From NCBI GenBank assembly GCA_943704425.1, contig CALSCP010000583.1, positions 1 to 43,701 of the forward strand: DNA of 43,701 nucleotides, given 5' to 3'. This stretch comes from Ministeria vibrans ATCC 50519 (taxonomy: Eukaryota > Protista > Filasterea). The position numbers and the translations under genes were made by a program. This document shows, one piece after another, positions 25,001 through 37,005 of this stretch; position 1 is the first letter of the stretch, and every line of letters starts with the position of its first letter. The notes under the pieces are model-generated. The model made no database searches, was not told the DNA's origin, and worked only from the letters and a program-made list of their open reading frames with translations.

Positions 25001-27976
25001 GCACGCACGCGACTACGCTCGAGCAGCGACAGCGCACGCAACACGACATACCAGGCCTGGTTGCGCAGGAAGCCGCCTTGCTCGAGGCCAATGCACAGTA
25101 GCGAGTTGACAACGTGTACCACACGACAGTCGAGCATCTCAATGACCTCGTCGTGTGCCCGTCCCTGTAGTGCACTGCGCAGCAGTGCCTCGACAAGCAT
25201 ATCACGCTCGCGCTCCATGCACACCACAGAGGCGATGTAAGCGGCGCGTCGCATGCCTTCCAGGCAGGTGGTCACCTCGAGCGCCGACGACGTGTTGCCT
25301 AGACGAAGCGTGAACACCTGCATGGCGGGCCGCCATGACTGCTGCAGCATCGAACGGGCACGCGCCAGCAGTGTGGGCACACCCAAACGCTCCGCTGCGA
25401 GGTCCTTGGTCCACGAACCGGCGGACAACGATGACGCCGAAATGGCATCAAGGTCGGGATAGGCACGGGGAAAGACGGACATTTGGTGTTGCATGAGTTC
25501 GTTAAGGCCGCACGAGGCGTGCACCACCGGCTCAAAGCCACAGGCGGAAATAAAATCGTGACGACAGCACCGTTCGTACTGTTGCTCGGCCCAGGCGCGT
25601 TCGAAAGGCACATCACGGATGATGCACCAGCGCAGACAGGTGTCGACAAACGACGAGCACGACACCGACTTGGACACCGTGTTGTCCTGGTGCCCGTGGT
25701 ACGCAAAGGTGAACGACAGCATCACATACATGTAGTTGTAGAAGGCCTCGGGGTCGCGCAGGTGTGGCGGCAGTGGCACTTCACCCTCGCCGGCCGTACC
25801 GTCGCCTGTCATTTCAGCATCAGCAGCAGCAGTGGAGGCAGAGACGGCGTTGGCCGCGGCCTCGCGCGCCGCCACTGCCGCGGCCTCGGTGAACGCAAGA
25901 ATATCGTCGCTTGCCGCACCACCTTTGGCAGCACTAAAGAGTTCTTGGCCATCGGCACCGCGTGTGCGACGATGCTGAAAGACAAACGACGTCACGGAGA
26001 GAAGAATGTTCTCGACGTCGCGATGCGATGGAGAGTCAAGCAGCGATGGCATGAGGGCGACAACCTTCTCAAAGGGCTCGAGTGCCAGGAACTCGTGGCA
26101 CTGCAGCGTCACCGGCATAGCATCGACGACACTGCTGATAGACGCCTCGCCAAGCTTGGGCGGACGGCAGAAGCGCAGGTTGAGCATGACGGCCCAGCTC
26201 TTGCCCTCGAGCAGCGACCGGTGCAAAATCTGAATCATCTTCATTGCCTGCACATACGCCAGTTGGCAATGGTGCAAAATCTCACCGTCGACAGTGGAGA
26301 GTGCACAACGAGTCACGCCGGCCATGATGCGCTGCGCAAGCGACGTGTGCTGGCCCTGTTGCTGCGCTGCCTCTGCACCACTGCTGCCCCCAAAGACAAG
26401 CGAAAGAAACGACTCGCGGTCCGCAAACAATTGGGTGATGGTCCGCAGTACATCGATGGCAACGTACTCATACGACTGGTCGTCGTGCAGCGGGTTCAGC
26501 AGGACCTCTTCGGCTGCGGCAGCCAAGGGACCACGCAGACGCGCACCCCACGTGCCCTGAAGCAGCATGAAACAGCCTGAGAAGCGACGCAGTGAGTTGC
26601 GTGTCACCAGTGAGGTGTTTGCGCCAATGGCACGACACGCAAAGCGCGCCAGAGCATCGACTGTCTCGTCGTCGTGTACACCCAAGTGATGTCGAATGCC
26701 GCGAAGCAACGGCTGAAGCGTGTCTAGCGAAATAGCATTGGCGCGCACATCTTCCACTGTGAGTTCGTCGAGTGCGCGACTGCACCGACTCGCAAGCATA
26801 AAAAGATGGCGCAGAATGAGAATGGTGTCCTTGCGCACCACTGCAACATACGGACCGTCGGAGGGCGGCGAGGCCGCGGTAGATCCGGCAGTGGCCGTCG
26901 ATGGGCCCACCACACTCGATGACTTGTGACCACTCCTACTGCTGCTGCTACTGCTACCTCCATCGACATTCCAAAGGTCACGCGAGTACGCCTCCCACGC
27001 AGCCGACGCGCTGTTCGACTCGGACTGTGTGCTCTGCTGCTGTTGTTTTTGATGACCGGCGCCGTGGGGTGAGCCATCCTTCTTTGCAGTCGTGCCCTCG
27101 TTCTTGTCGCTGGGTTCGCTCATGAAAAGCGTCGCCCACTCATCCGCATTGTTGTCTTCCTTCTTCGTGGTCGTTGCTGGGGACGCTGTTTTGATCGTTG
27201 ACGAAGTGGCGTTGAGCAGGGCTGGTGGGAGGGCATTAATAGTGTCGTCATCGTCGATTGCGTCGAGCAAAGGCGCGGATGGTTGTTGGGTTGCTTTTGC
27301 GACAGGACGTGTGTCGAGCAGCGTCGTCAGGCCCCAAACACACTGTTGCAGCGCCGACTTGGCAAGCGTGATGTTGGGACCGTGTCGCGTGCGCATGTAG
27401 ATGGAGGTGTAGAGGTGCACCAGACGCATGAGAGTGTCGCCGTGGATGTCGTACTGCATGGCGTCGACCAGAGCTGCCGCAGTCTGCACAGCCTCCGATT
27501 CGATCGTGGTCGATGCCGCCAGGCTCTTGTATGTGCTGGTGATGATGTCCACGACGAGGGTCAGGCGGCCGTCGTCGCCGCTGCCGTCGCCCCGACGCCC
27601 CGCAATGCCACCGGCAAAGACAGAGCGCAGACAGTGAAGGCCTGCCGCGGCAAAGACGGCGTTGCGCGACGCACAGCACATCTGGAAGGCCTCCATGTCG
27701 ACGCTGCTGGTGAGGTCCCAGTCTATGGCCGTGCCCACCTGGCGCAGAAGCAGACGGGGGAGCGGGGAGGGAGCGAACCAGAGAAGGATAATTATAACAA
27801 AACATCATAGCATTAATTTTTTTTTTATGTGTGTGTGTGTCAAGTGAGTGCGTCGCGATTACCTTGAGGCACGCTCGCACTTTGCCGACGACATTGAGAC
27901 ACGCTTCGCGCAGACGCGACATGTTGGATGGCGCGTCGTTTGCGACTTTCATCAACATAACTTCAATGTCCGCCAT
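22095..27976 (-). CDS. ARFGEF3: Large ARF-GEF family protein, BIG3/ARFGEF3-like, with a degenerate Sec7 domain
   Basis: HDS-region match LFQQSVSLNGQALLAFLRALCRVTMEEL...RLCEV. BIG3-like segments: N-terminal IEVMLMKVANDA..LREAC, PDLDAI, HVVNSLLCIGLEQG..AWYVVLR, C-terminal QAWEDV..MSDEKFIELMPALF..LRESVQLYL. No FRLPGE motif. Includes a 4.5-kb exon (23262-27738). Confidence 0.75.
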
Positions 27977-28191
27977 GTCGAGAAGGGTCAAGTGAACTCG
28001 AGCGAGGCGTATTGGCTATGAAGGTGGGAAAGTGTCGGGGACTGGTGGGGGTGAAAGCGAGAGAGAATAACAACTAATTACTATTAAATTTTATTTTACT
28101 AACTTCTGAGTAAACACAACTTATTTAACTCAATAAATCAAAACTGATTATTTTTTTATTTGACACTTTCGACAATCACCTCAGTGCAACT

Positions 28192-29330
28192 ATGGAGTTC
28201 AAGGTGACGATCATTCGGGCTGAAGGCCTGAAGAATGTCGAGAAGAAGGGCGAAAGCGATCCGTTTGTCCAATTCAAGTTTCGCGGTATGTATCCCCTCC
28301 CTCGCGTCCGCCTCCCCCCATCCCCCCCATTCCCACCCTTGGTCAACTCCCGCCGCTCCTCCTCCAAAGGCCTGCCTGCACTGTGAAGAAGAAGAAGTGT
28401 CTTTTAACAGTCTGAATTGTTTTCATTTGTTACGATCGATTTGTCTTTCTTTGCATGCTTCTCCGCCCTCCTCCACGCAGTCCCCTGCCCCGCAGCACAC
28501 CCCTCGCGCGCGACCAGTGCGTCTGCGCTTCAGGATCGACTCGCACTGTCTCCTTTTTCGCTTCTCTGCGCTTGCTCGTGTCCGCTGAGCTCTTGCGCCC
28601 CGGTCCCTTCACACAGCCCGCCGTGGCGACTATGATCGCGTGCTGCTGGCGACGATACCGCCCACCGTCGTGTTTCCTTTTGCTTCTTTTGAAGTTCTTT
28701 TTCTCTTCTTCTTCTCTCTCTCTCTCTCTCTCTTTGGCTCTTCTTTGCTTGTCCCACCTTCTCCCCATCACTCCCCAGCGACAAACATCGCCAACGATTC
28801 CCCGGGGTTGGCCCTCTGTTCACCTGATTGCTTAGAGTTTTTTTTTTTTTTTTTTGTTACACACTAAATTTGTTTCTGACTTATCACTCTCTTACTCAGG
28901 TGAAAAGTACAAGACGCAGTACCTGCCGAACACGCTGAACCCAGAGTGGAACAAGGAGTTTCCTATTGATCTGAAGGACAAGGCGATCACGGGGAACGAG
29001 CGCATCGAGCTCAACATTTACGATTGGGAGCGAGTTGTACGTCTCACGCGCACGCCTCTCGTTTCTTCCTCTTACTCTCCTCCTCGTCCACTATTGCGTG
29101 TAGGGTCGCAACCGACTGCTAGGTCAGGTTGAAATCAACCTAGCCAAGGTGATCCGCGAACGCAACGACGAATCGTGGCACATGCTGCGTGACAAGAGCG
29201 GTGGCGCCGGAGAGGTAAACATACTAGGAACGTAGTATTATCATTAATATTTTTATTATTATTATTGTATTGTCGTTCTTTTCTGATTATTAATGTTGTT
29301 GTTGTTGTTGTGTTGTTGTTTTTGTTGTTT

Positions 29331-29398
<68 letters not shown>

Positions 29399-32300
29399 GA
29401 TACTAAAACTTTGTGTTCTTCTTCTTTCTTGCTTTTGTTTTGATCTCTGAAATGGCTGCTGTATGATTTGTAGGGACGCGTTCTTGTTCGTATCACGTAT
29501 GTTGCCAGCTCAGCCGAGAAGGTATTGTTTTACTCTTTAAATATTTATTTGCGTTGCTCACTTGCCCGTTTCCTGATAGTTGTCGGGTATTGAAGGAGGA
29601 GCGGGACCGTCACACTCATCTGCAACCCCCAATGTGAGCAACCCGAGCGGCGATGGCGACGACGACGAAAACTCAGACGACGACGGAGGCGATCCGGCCG
29701 ACGGTGATGATGATTTTGACTCGGATGGCGGTGATCCAGCCGACCCCGATGCGCCGCCAGGCACCAAGAAGAAGAAGGGCAAAGGTACAAATCAAAGAGA
29801 CCAATATTTGCGATCCTACTAACTCGCCATGTTGTGTGATTTTATTTGTTTATTTATTGGACGTAAGGTCGTCGCAACAAGCCACGAACGTTGCGCAAGA
29901 CGCGTCCCAAGAACCTCAGCGACGTTGTCGGGGACTATCAAGTGCGCATTACGATCCACGAGGCACGTTCGCTGCAGGGACAGGAGCCCCTTGACCCCGT
30001 CATCAAGCTCAATGTCGCGTCCAAGATGCGCCAGACGCGCGTCAAACGTACCACAAACCATCCTTTTTTCAACGAGCTCTTCATTTTCAACTTCAACGAG
30101 GCGCCCGTCAATCTCTTTCCCGAGCTCATTGAGATTTCGGCGTACAACTCGCGTCGGCTGCGCAAGGACGCCCTCATTGGTACCTTTTCCTTTGACATTG
30201 GTGTCGTCCACCAAGAGCCTACGCATGAGTTTCATCGAAAGTGGGTCATGATTGTCCAAAAGGTAATTTTTTTTTCTTCTTTTAATAATAATAATTATTA
30301 TTATTATTATTATTATTATTATTTTATTGACGACTCGGGTTTTGGTAATAAATATTTTATAGGGCGAAGGAGAAACCAACGCAACGGGCTTTGTGAAGAT
30401 GTCAGTGGCAGTGTTGGGACCGGGCGACGAAGCGGCGGTGCACGACGACGCAGACACGGCGGTCGACGAGGATGAGGACATTGATGGAAACCTACTGCAG
30501 CCGGGTGGGGTGGAGCTGCAGCCGGTTGACATGCTGCTGCGAGCCTACCGTGCCGAAGACCTGCCGCAGATGGATCGTAGTTTCAAGACAGGCATTCGCA
30601 AGTTAGACAAGTTGTCGGGACGCGAGGATCGCGAACTATGCGACCCTTACCTCATCTACGGGTTTGCCGGCAAGAAAATGAAGACGGAGGTGAAGCCCAC
30701 GACGTATGTGCCCGACTGGAACATTGAGATGCACCTGCCCGTCAAGCTGCCTTCCATGTGCGACTCGCTGCGTCTGCGTCTTATGGACCATGACATTGGT
30801 CCTAATGCTGACGACATCATTGGCACACACAACATCTCGCTGCTGCACATCTCCAACATGTCCAGCGACGAAGAAAGCTCCTTCCTTCCCACCTTTGGTC
30901 CCGCTTACGTCAACTTCTACGGCTCCCCACGTGAGTTTGAGGCGTTCACCGACAAGCACCACGACCGCATGAACACCGGCATGATCGAAGGGTGTGCCTA
31001 TCGTGGCCGTGCGCTCGTCGAAGTCGCCTCCGACCCCACGAGCAAGCCGCCAAAGAACCGTCACATTGAGATTGACAAGCCCAAGCTCAATGCTGTCGAT
31101 GCCTTTCTTGCCCGCAAACCCTACCGCCTTCGTGTCGAGTTTGTCGATGCCACGATGCTCTGCGAAGGTACGCATTAATGAGCAATTTTTTTAAAATTAA
31201 AAATGATCGCAGTTAATCTTGATTCTTTGCCATAGAGTGTGCTGATACGGACATTGAGTTTGAGGTGTCGATTGGACCGACCGGCGACTCGCTTGACGAA
31301 CACTATGTGCCCGGCATGAGCAGCACACAGCCGACACGTGCTGCGTTTGATGGCACGCACTACTACTACCTCAGCTGGGATGGCAAGAAGCCCATTGTGG
31401 AGCTCACCAGCGAGTGGGAGAGCGTCGAGTACCGTCTGCACAATGTCAATGTCATCAAGGACCTTGTCACGCAGATTGAAGAGTCGGTTGACCTGCTGCA
31501 GCGTCTTGCCAACAAGACGCTCACCGTCGAGATGATTGCCGCTATGATTGTGCAGGGTGACTCGCGTCTCTTGTCGCAGGATCTTCTAGACGAACTCGAG
31601 CGTAGTGTCAACGAGGCCGAGGCCAAGCTGAAGCGTCGTGTCGAGGCGGCCGCGGTCAAGGCGGCCACTGCGAAGGCCGCCTCCGACAGCGGCGAGGGCG
31701 GCGTCCTCAGCGACGACGAAGATGAGGACGAAGACGAAGATGAGGACGCCCTGCTTGCCGAGCTGCAGCGTCGCGAGGACGACGACGAGGACGACGATCA
31801 AGGCGAAGGGTGGTCGTCACAGGTGCAAACGGCCGGTGGTGATAAGGTGGCAAACACCGCCGCCGAGGAGGAGGAAGAGTACCGAATGGCACTCGCGGCG
31901 GACGCCGGTCCGTCGCAGCCGTCGCGTGCCAAGAGCTCGCTTGTGGACGACAATGGCGGCGCCTCGGTGCCTATGGGTGGCGGCACCGTGCGTGTCAAGC
32001 AAGAGAAACCCAAAACGACCAAGTTGGGCAAGACACTTGGGCGCATCGGCAGGCTCACCAAGGCCGCGACAGCCGGTGTTGTCTCCAAGGGTATCGACGT
32101 GGCGGGCCAGGGTGCTGCGAAGCTGTCGCACATGCACAGCCATGCGACAACCGCGACGCGTGCCGCCGAAATTGTCGAGTACGACCCGCGCATTGTGCGT
32201 GCACGCGGACTGCTGCGTCGTCTGATGCGCCTCGTCTTCCGCAAACTGCCCAAGTTACCGTCGCCGCGCACTCAGCTTGACACGCACATGCACAGCTGGC

Positions 32301-35300
32301 GCGAGGACGAGAAGGATGCGGCGCTGGAGCGACTCAAGGAGATTCGCAAGGCCATGTGCGAGAAGTCGCTCGAGGTCGCGCCCGAGCCGGTCGCCGTGAA
32401 CAACTCGATGGAGCTGGTGGACACAGGTGCGGCGCCTGCTAAAGATTACGTGCGTGAAGCGCTCGAGATGGCTGCGGACGATTTGCAAGGCATTGCGGGC
32501 CGTCTGCGCAAGTGTGCTGTCGAGCCGCAGGTGTCGATTCCCGACATTTTCGTGTGGCTGCGCCGTGGCAAGGACCGCGATCGTGTTGCCTACTGCCGCT
32601 TCTCGCCTATTGACGTGATGTATGCGCACAAGGAACGCATGCGCGGCGCCAACTTTGGCCGCCTGCAGACGGTTATTATGAAGCGTCACGAGGACACGGG
32701 TCGCAAGAATGCTGGTCTTGAGATCCCCGCGTTGCTCATGATGCGCGTCTGGTTTGGCGACGCCGCCTCGTCCGTCAAATGGCCCGTGCCGGACGGACGC
32801 TACTGTGGCATCTCGGAGACGTTTGAGAATCAGCGTTTCTATCCGCTCAAGGGCTGGTCGGACACGACGCTGATGGGCGAGCGACCGCACTGGAGCAGCG
32901 TGAAGGGCAACGAGCCGCGCCCACGCGACGAGTGTTCTCTGCCCGAGGGGTGGGTCTGGGTGTCTGACTGGTACATTAGTCCGACGTGCATTGAGACGGA
33001 TCCCGATGTGGGCCGCGACGTCATCACTGAGGAAGTGTATGAGAACATGCGCTACGTGCCTATTAAGGGCTGGGGCAAGGTCATCAAGGGCGACCGACCG
33101 ACATTCAGCGACGAGACGGGCGACATCGAGCTCGACCGTGACGATGTGGAGCTGCCAAAGCACTGGATGTGGAGCGACGAGTGGCACGTGGATGTGAACC
33201 GCGCCGTGGACCACGATGGCTGGGAATACGCGACCAATTTTGGTGCCAAGAATTGGCATCCGTCCAAGAAGAGGATGCACTTTGTGCGACGTCGTCGTTG
33301 GGCTCGCGAGCGCTCGCGTACCGCCGCTGGAATGGCGGCTGCGGCGGGCGGCACCGGTGAGGGGATCGACGACGACGCCATGAGCGTCATGAGTGACCTG
33401 AGCACGACCAGCCAGGTGGTGGGCGAGGGCTGGGAGTACGCACGTGGCTTCGAGAAGAAGTTTCACAAGAAGAACCGTCGTGTGGACGTGGTGCGTCGCC
33501 GACGCTGGCATCGCGAGCGAGTGTGCGAGGCTGGCCGTGTGATGGACCCCAAGGATTTGACCATCAACGGCTTTGGCGCTGGTGGCTACGTGGTGCACAT
33601 CGACTCGACTGTGGTGCAAATGCGTGCGCACATTTACCAGGGTCGCGACCTGCCTGGCGAAGACAAGAGTGGTTTGTCGGACCCTTACATTCACATTGCG
33701 TTTGGCAACCGATCGGCCAAGTCGCTCATTTTTAAGCAGACGGTGGGACCCACGTGGGATCAGACGCTCACGGTGAACAAAGTTCGCGTGTGGGGCTCCG
33801 ACGAGCATTTGGTTGACAACCTGCCGAAGACGGTGGTGGAGCTGTACGATTGGGACCGCTACGGCGAGGATGCCTTCCTGGGTCGTTTCATGGTCAAGGG
33901 CAAGCTACGCGAGCTTGGGGACAGCCCACCGCGTCTCGAGTGGTACAAAATGAAGCGTGCCAACGAGGAGCGCGGCGAGCTGCTGGCGGCCTTTGAGGTG
34001 ATTCTTGCGGACACGAGCGGTCGCATTCCGCTGCCCATGCGCGAGATTGTGCAGGAGCAAATTACGGGCCATCGCAAGCCTGTCACGCGCATCCCCGTGG
34101 GCATTCGACCTGTCATGGAGTCGGTGTGTCTTGACATTCTCACGTGGGGACTGCGTCGTTTGTCGAAGGTGCGTGGCATCCGTCCCAAGAAGGTTCACGT
34201 GCAGTTTGAGTGCTCGGGCATTGTGGTTGATTCGAACATCATCACAAGCATGAAGACCTTCCCTAACTTTCCCTACCCCTTCATTCGCATGGAACTTGAA
34301 CTGCCCGTTGTCGACGAGTACATGCCACCGTTGACCATTCGTGTGTACGACCATGGCAAGGTCTTTGGCCAGACGCTCATTGGTGTGCACCAGGTGCGCA
34401 CGCTGGCCCAGTACCGTCGCACTGCCAAGGAAATTCTCGATTTGCGTCGCCGACCCATTGGCAGCAGCATTGCTGAGGTGCACCTTAAGGATGACGCGGC
34501 AACAACTGCCGCCGGTGTTGCTGGCACCAGTGATGCGGTGGCGGTGACCATGGAGCCGAAGGCGGCTGCGGCGCCGACCGAAGTGACAACAACTGGCGCT
34601 GAGGATGCTGCTGTTGCTGTAGGCGGCGGTGCGATCGAGATGAAGCAGATGCAGCCAGTGGTGAAGAAGGGCAAGAAGGCGGCGGCTGTGACGGCGGCAG
34701 CCAAGGCCGAAGAGGACAAGGCGAAAGCGACCAAGGCGGCGCTGGAGGCAGAGGCGGCTGCGGCTGCGGTTGCGGTTGTTACCGCAGGCGAGGGAGGAGA
34801 CGGTGCTGGAGCGGACGGTGCGACGGGCGCTGGGGCTGGAGGCGTGAGTGCTAGTGACGCACTGGCGGTGGTTGCGGAGGAGGTGGTGGAGGCAGAGTCG
34901 GCGGATTTCCAGACGGTCGACTGGTGGACCAAGTTTTTTGCGAGTCTTGATCGTGACCACAGCAAAGGGCCGTCGATGGTGCGCGACTACAAGGGTGACC
35001 GACTGACGGTGTTCAAGCGCGAGCTGGAGCGCGAGTTCTTCCTGGAGGACACGGTGGAGGCGTTCAATGTGGCCAAGGGACGCGAGTCGAACGAGCACAA
35101 GGAGACGGGCACGTTCAAGGGCGCCATTGCGGTGTACCCGGCGACGATCAAGGACGAAGTGCCGCCTGGCGGGGCCTGGCCCAATCTGCCGTCGAACCAA
35201 TGCACGGACATGCTGGTGCGCGTGTACATTGTGCGCGGCATTGAGCTGCAGCCACAGGACCCCAACGGCAAGTCGGATCCCTACATTATGCTCAAGCTGG

Positions 35301-35699
35301 GCAAAAAGGTCATCGAGAAGGACCGCGACAACTATGTTGTGGCGGACCTCAACCCGACCTTTGGGCGCATGTTCCAGTTTGTATGCACCTTCCCGCAGGA
35401 CGACGAGCTGACGGTGACGGTAATGGACTGGGACCGCATCACGAGCGACGATCTCATTGGCGAGACCAAGATTGATCTGGAGGCGCGCTTTCTGTCGCAC
35501 ATGCGTGCCACGGCGGGTCTCCCGCGCACCTACACGACGACGGGGCCACTCAAGTGGCGCGACGCCGAACTTCCCGTGGCCATTCTCGAGTCCATGTGTC
35601 GTCGTCGCAACCTGCCACCGCCCGCGTACACTGTGGACACCGAGGGTGAGCCTGCCGTGACACTTAATGGCCGTCGATTTGTGTCGCCAATCGAGCCAG
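28192..35699 (+). CDS. Type-I (DysF-containing) ferlin, dysferlin/myoferlin-like; C-terminus (last C2 and TM anchor) absent from the window
   Basis: C2A (SDPFV, TLNPEWN, IYDWERVGRN), C2B, FerI (DIDGNLLQPGGV), C2C, FLPTFGPAYVNFYGSPRE, FerB (EPQVSIPDIFVW), nested DysF (ETFENQR, GWEYA, VRRRRW twice), C2D (DKSGLSDPY), DWWTKFFAS, C2E (DPNGKSDPY, DDLIGETKIDLE). Ends at donor CCAG|GTAAC, 35699/35700. Confidence 0.93.
29295..29399. repeat. (GTT)n microsatellite in a ferlin intron
   Basis: Direct inspection. Confidence 0.9.
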
Positions 35700-35711
35700 G
35701 TAACATAATAC

Positions 35712-35713
<2 letters not shown>

Positions 35714-35800
<87 letters not shown>

Positions 35801-36160
35801 AAGAAAGAAACAAAGTGATAGAGAGAGAGAGAGAAAGAAACAAAGTGATAGAGAGAGAGAGAGAAAGAAACAAAGTGATAGAGAGAGAGAGAGAAAGAAA
35901 CAAAGTGATAGAGAGAGAAAGAAACAAGTGATAGAGAGAGAGAGAGAGAAAGAAACAAAGTGATAGAGAGAGAAAGAAACAAGTGATAGAGAGAGAAAGA
36001 AACAAAGTGATAGAGAGAGAGAGAAAGAAACAAAGTGATAGAGAGAGAGAGAGAAAGAAACAAAGTGATAGAGAGAGAGAAAGGAGGGAAAGAGGAACAC
36101 AAAAGTAATTGAGAGAGAAAGGAGGGAGGGAGAAAGGAACAAAGGGATGGGGAGAGAGAG
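35714..36160. repeat. (GA)n tract followed by a ~30-nt minisatellite GAAAGAAACAAAGTGATAGAGAGAGAGA (about 10 copies)
   Basis: Direct inspection. It sits at the ferlin/cyclin discontinuity. Confidence 0.9.
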
Positions 36161-36229
36161 ACAAAAACCAAAATGATAATTATATTTATAAGATGCTCAC
36201 TCACTTTGGCTGTGTGTGATTCTGTGCAG

Positions 36230-36651
36230 TATCTGTGCGAACTGACGCTCCTGCACGAGTCCTTCCACGTGTTCCGGCCTTCTCTCATTTCTGCTTCAGC
36301 CGTGTTTGTGGCACGTCTTTTCCACGATGTGTCGGACTGGGTACACAGTCACACACACGCACATAATGTATCATCTAATTCCCTTCTGCATAGACACCCA
36401 CTCTGCTGCACTACACGCAGTATTCACCGAGTGACATGTATGAGTGTTCTCGCAGCCTCTATGTGATGTACCGCAACGCTTCCTCACACACCCTGCGAGT
36501 ACAACACACATCCCACTGCGGCTGTCGCATCTCATATTTGTTTTTGCTCTTTTAGGCTGTGTATGAGAAATACGCACATGAGACGTATGCGCGAGTCTCG
36601 CAGCGACCTATCTCTCGCATTGTTCTGCAGTACTTTGGCGACAGCCAATGA
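36230..36651 (+). CDS. 3' three exons of an A/B-type cyclin (Cyclin_C domain); N-terminal part absent
   Basis: YLCELTLLHESFHVFRPSLISASAVFVAR..W / TPTLLHYTQYSPSDMYEC..LYVMYRNA..LR / AVYEKYAHETYARVS fits the Cyclin_C consensus (YL.EL.L....Y.PS.IAAAA..W...L..YT.Y...A...KY). Confidence 0.8.
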
Positions 36652-36694
36652 GTGTAATCTTTGTACATTAAAACTCTTTACCTTTTCACATTGG

Positions 36695-36754
36695 TCTACT
36701 TACTACTACTGTATCATTAATAAATGGGTTGTATTCTATTCTACTTACTACTAC
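36695..36754 (+). mobile_element. 30-bp insertion flanked by a 15-bp target-site-like duplication
   Basis: TCTACTTACTACTAC at 36695-36709 and 36740-36754 flanks TGTATCATTAATAAATGGGTTGTATTCTAT, which matches 126-153. Confidence 0.5.
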
Positions 36755-37005
36755 AACATTGGTCTATACCACGTCTATACTACTACAACATTGGTCTACT
36801 TACTACTACATATATTTAAAACTAAAAATTGATCAAAGAGTCTCACCAGAATGATTAGTGATGAAAGCAGTCAATTTTCCTCCTACAGATCAACTGCAGC
36901 TGTCAACTAATCATCTTCTCCTCAGATCTAATTTCTAAACTCTAAAGTATTCTAAGAAAATTTCACCAAATTTTAACCAGTATAGTGAACACCCTAGTCA
37001 GCTGA

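Noticed and set aside
35800-36080. CRISPR-like spaced repeat
   Set aside because: The spacers are just (GA)n, the context is eukaryotic and intronic, and there are no cas genes.
35699-36230. Ferlin-cyclin fusion protein
   Set aside because: Splice phases are incompatible (1 vs 0) and both genes are truncated at a repeat.
32255-36288. Long antisense ORFs (517, 745, 252 aa) and similar ones opposite ARFGEF3, PDE12 and the CysRS-like gene
   Set aside because: These are shadow frames of GC-rich coding sequence or translated microsatellites with no motifs.
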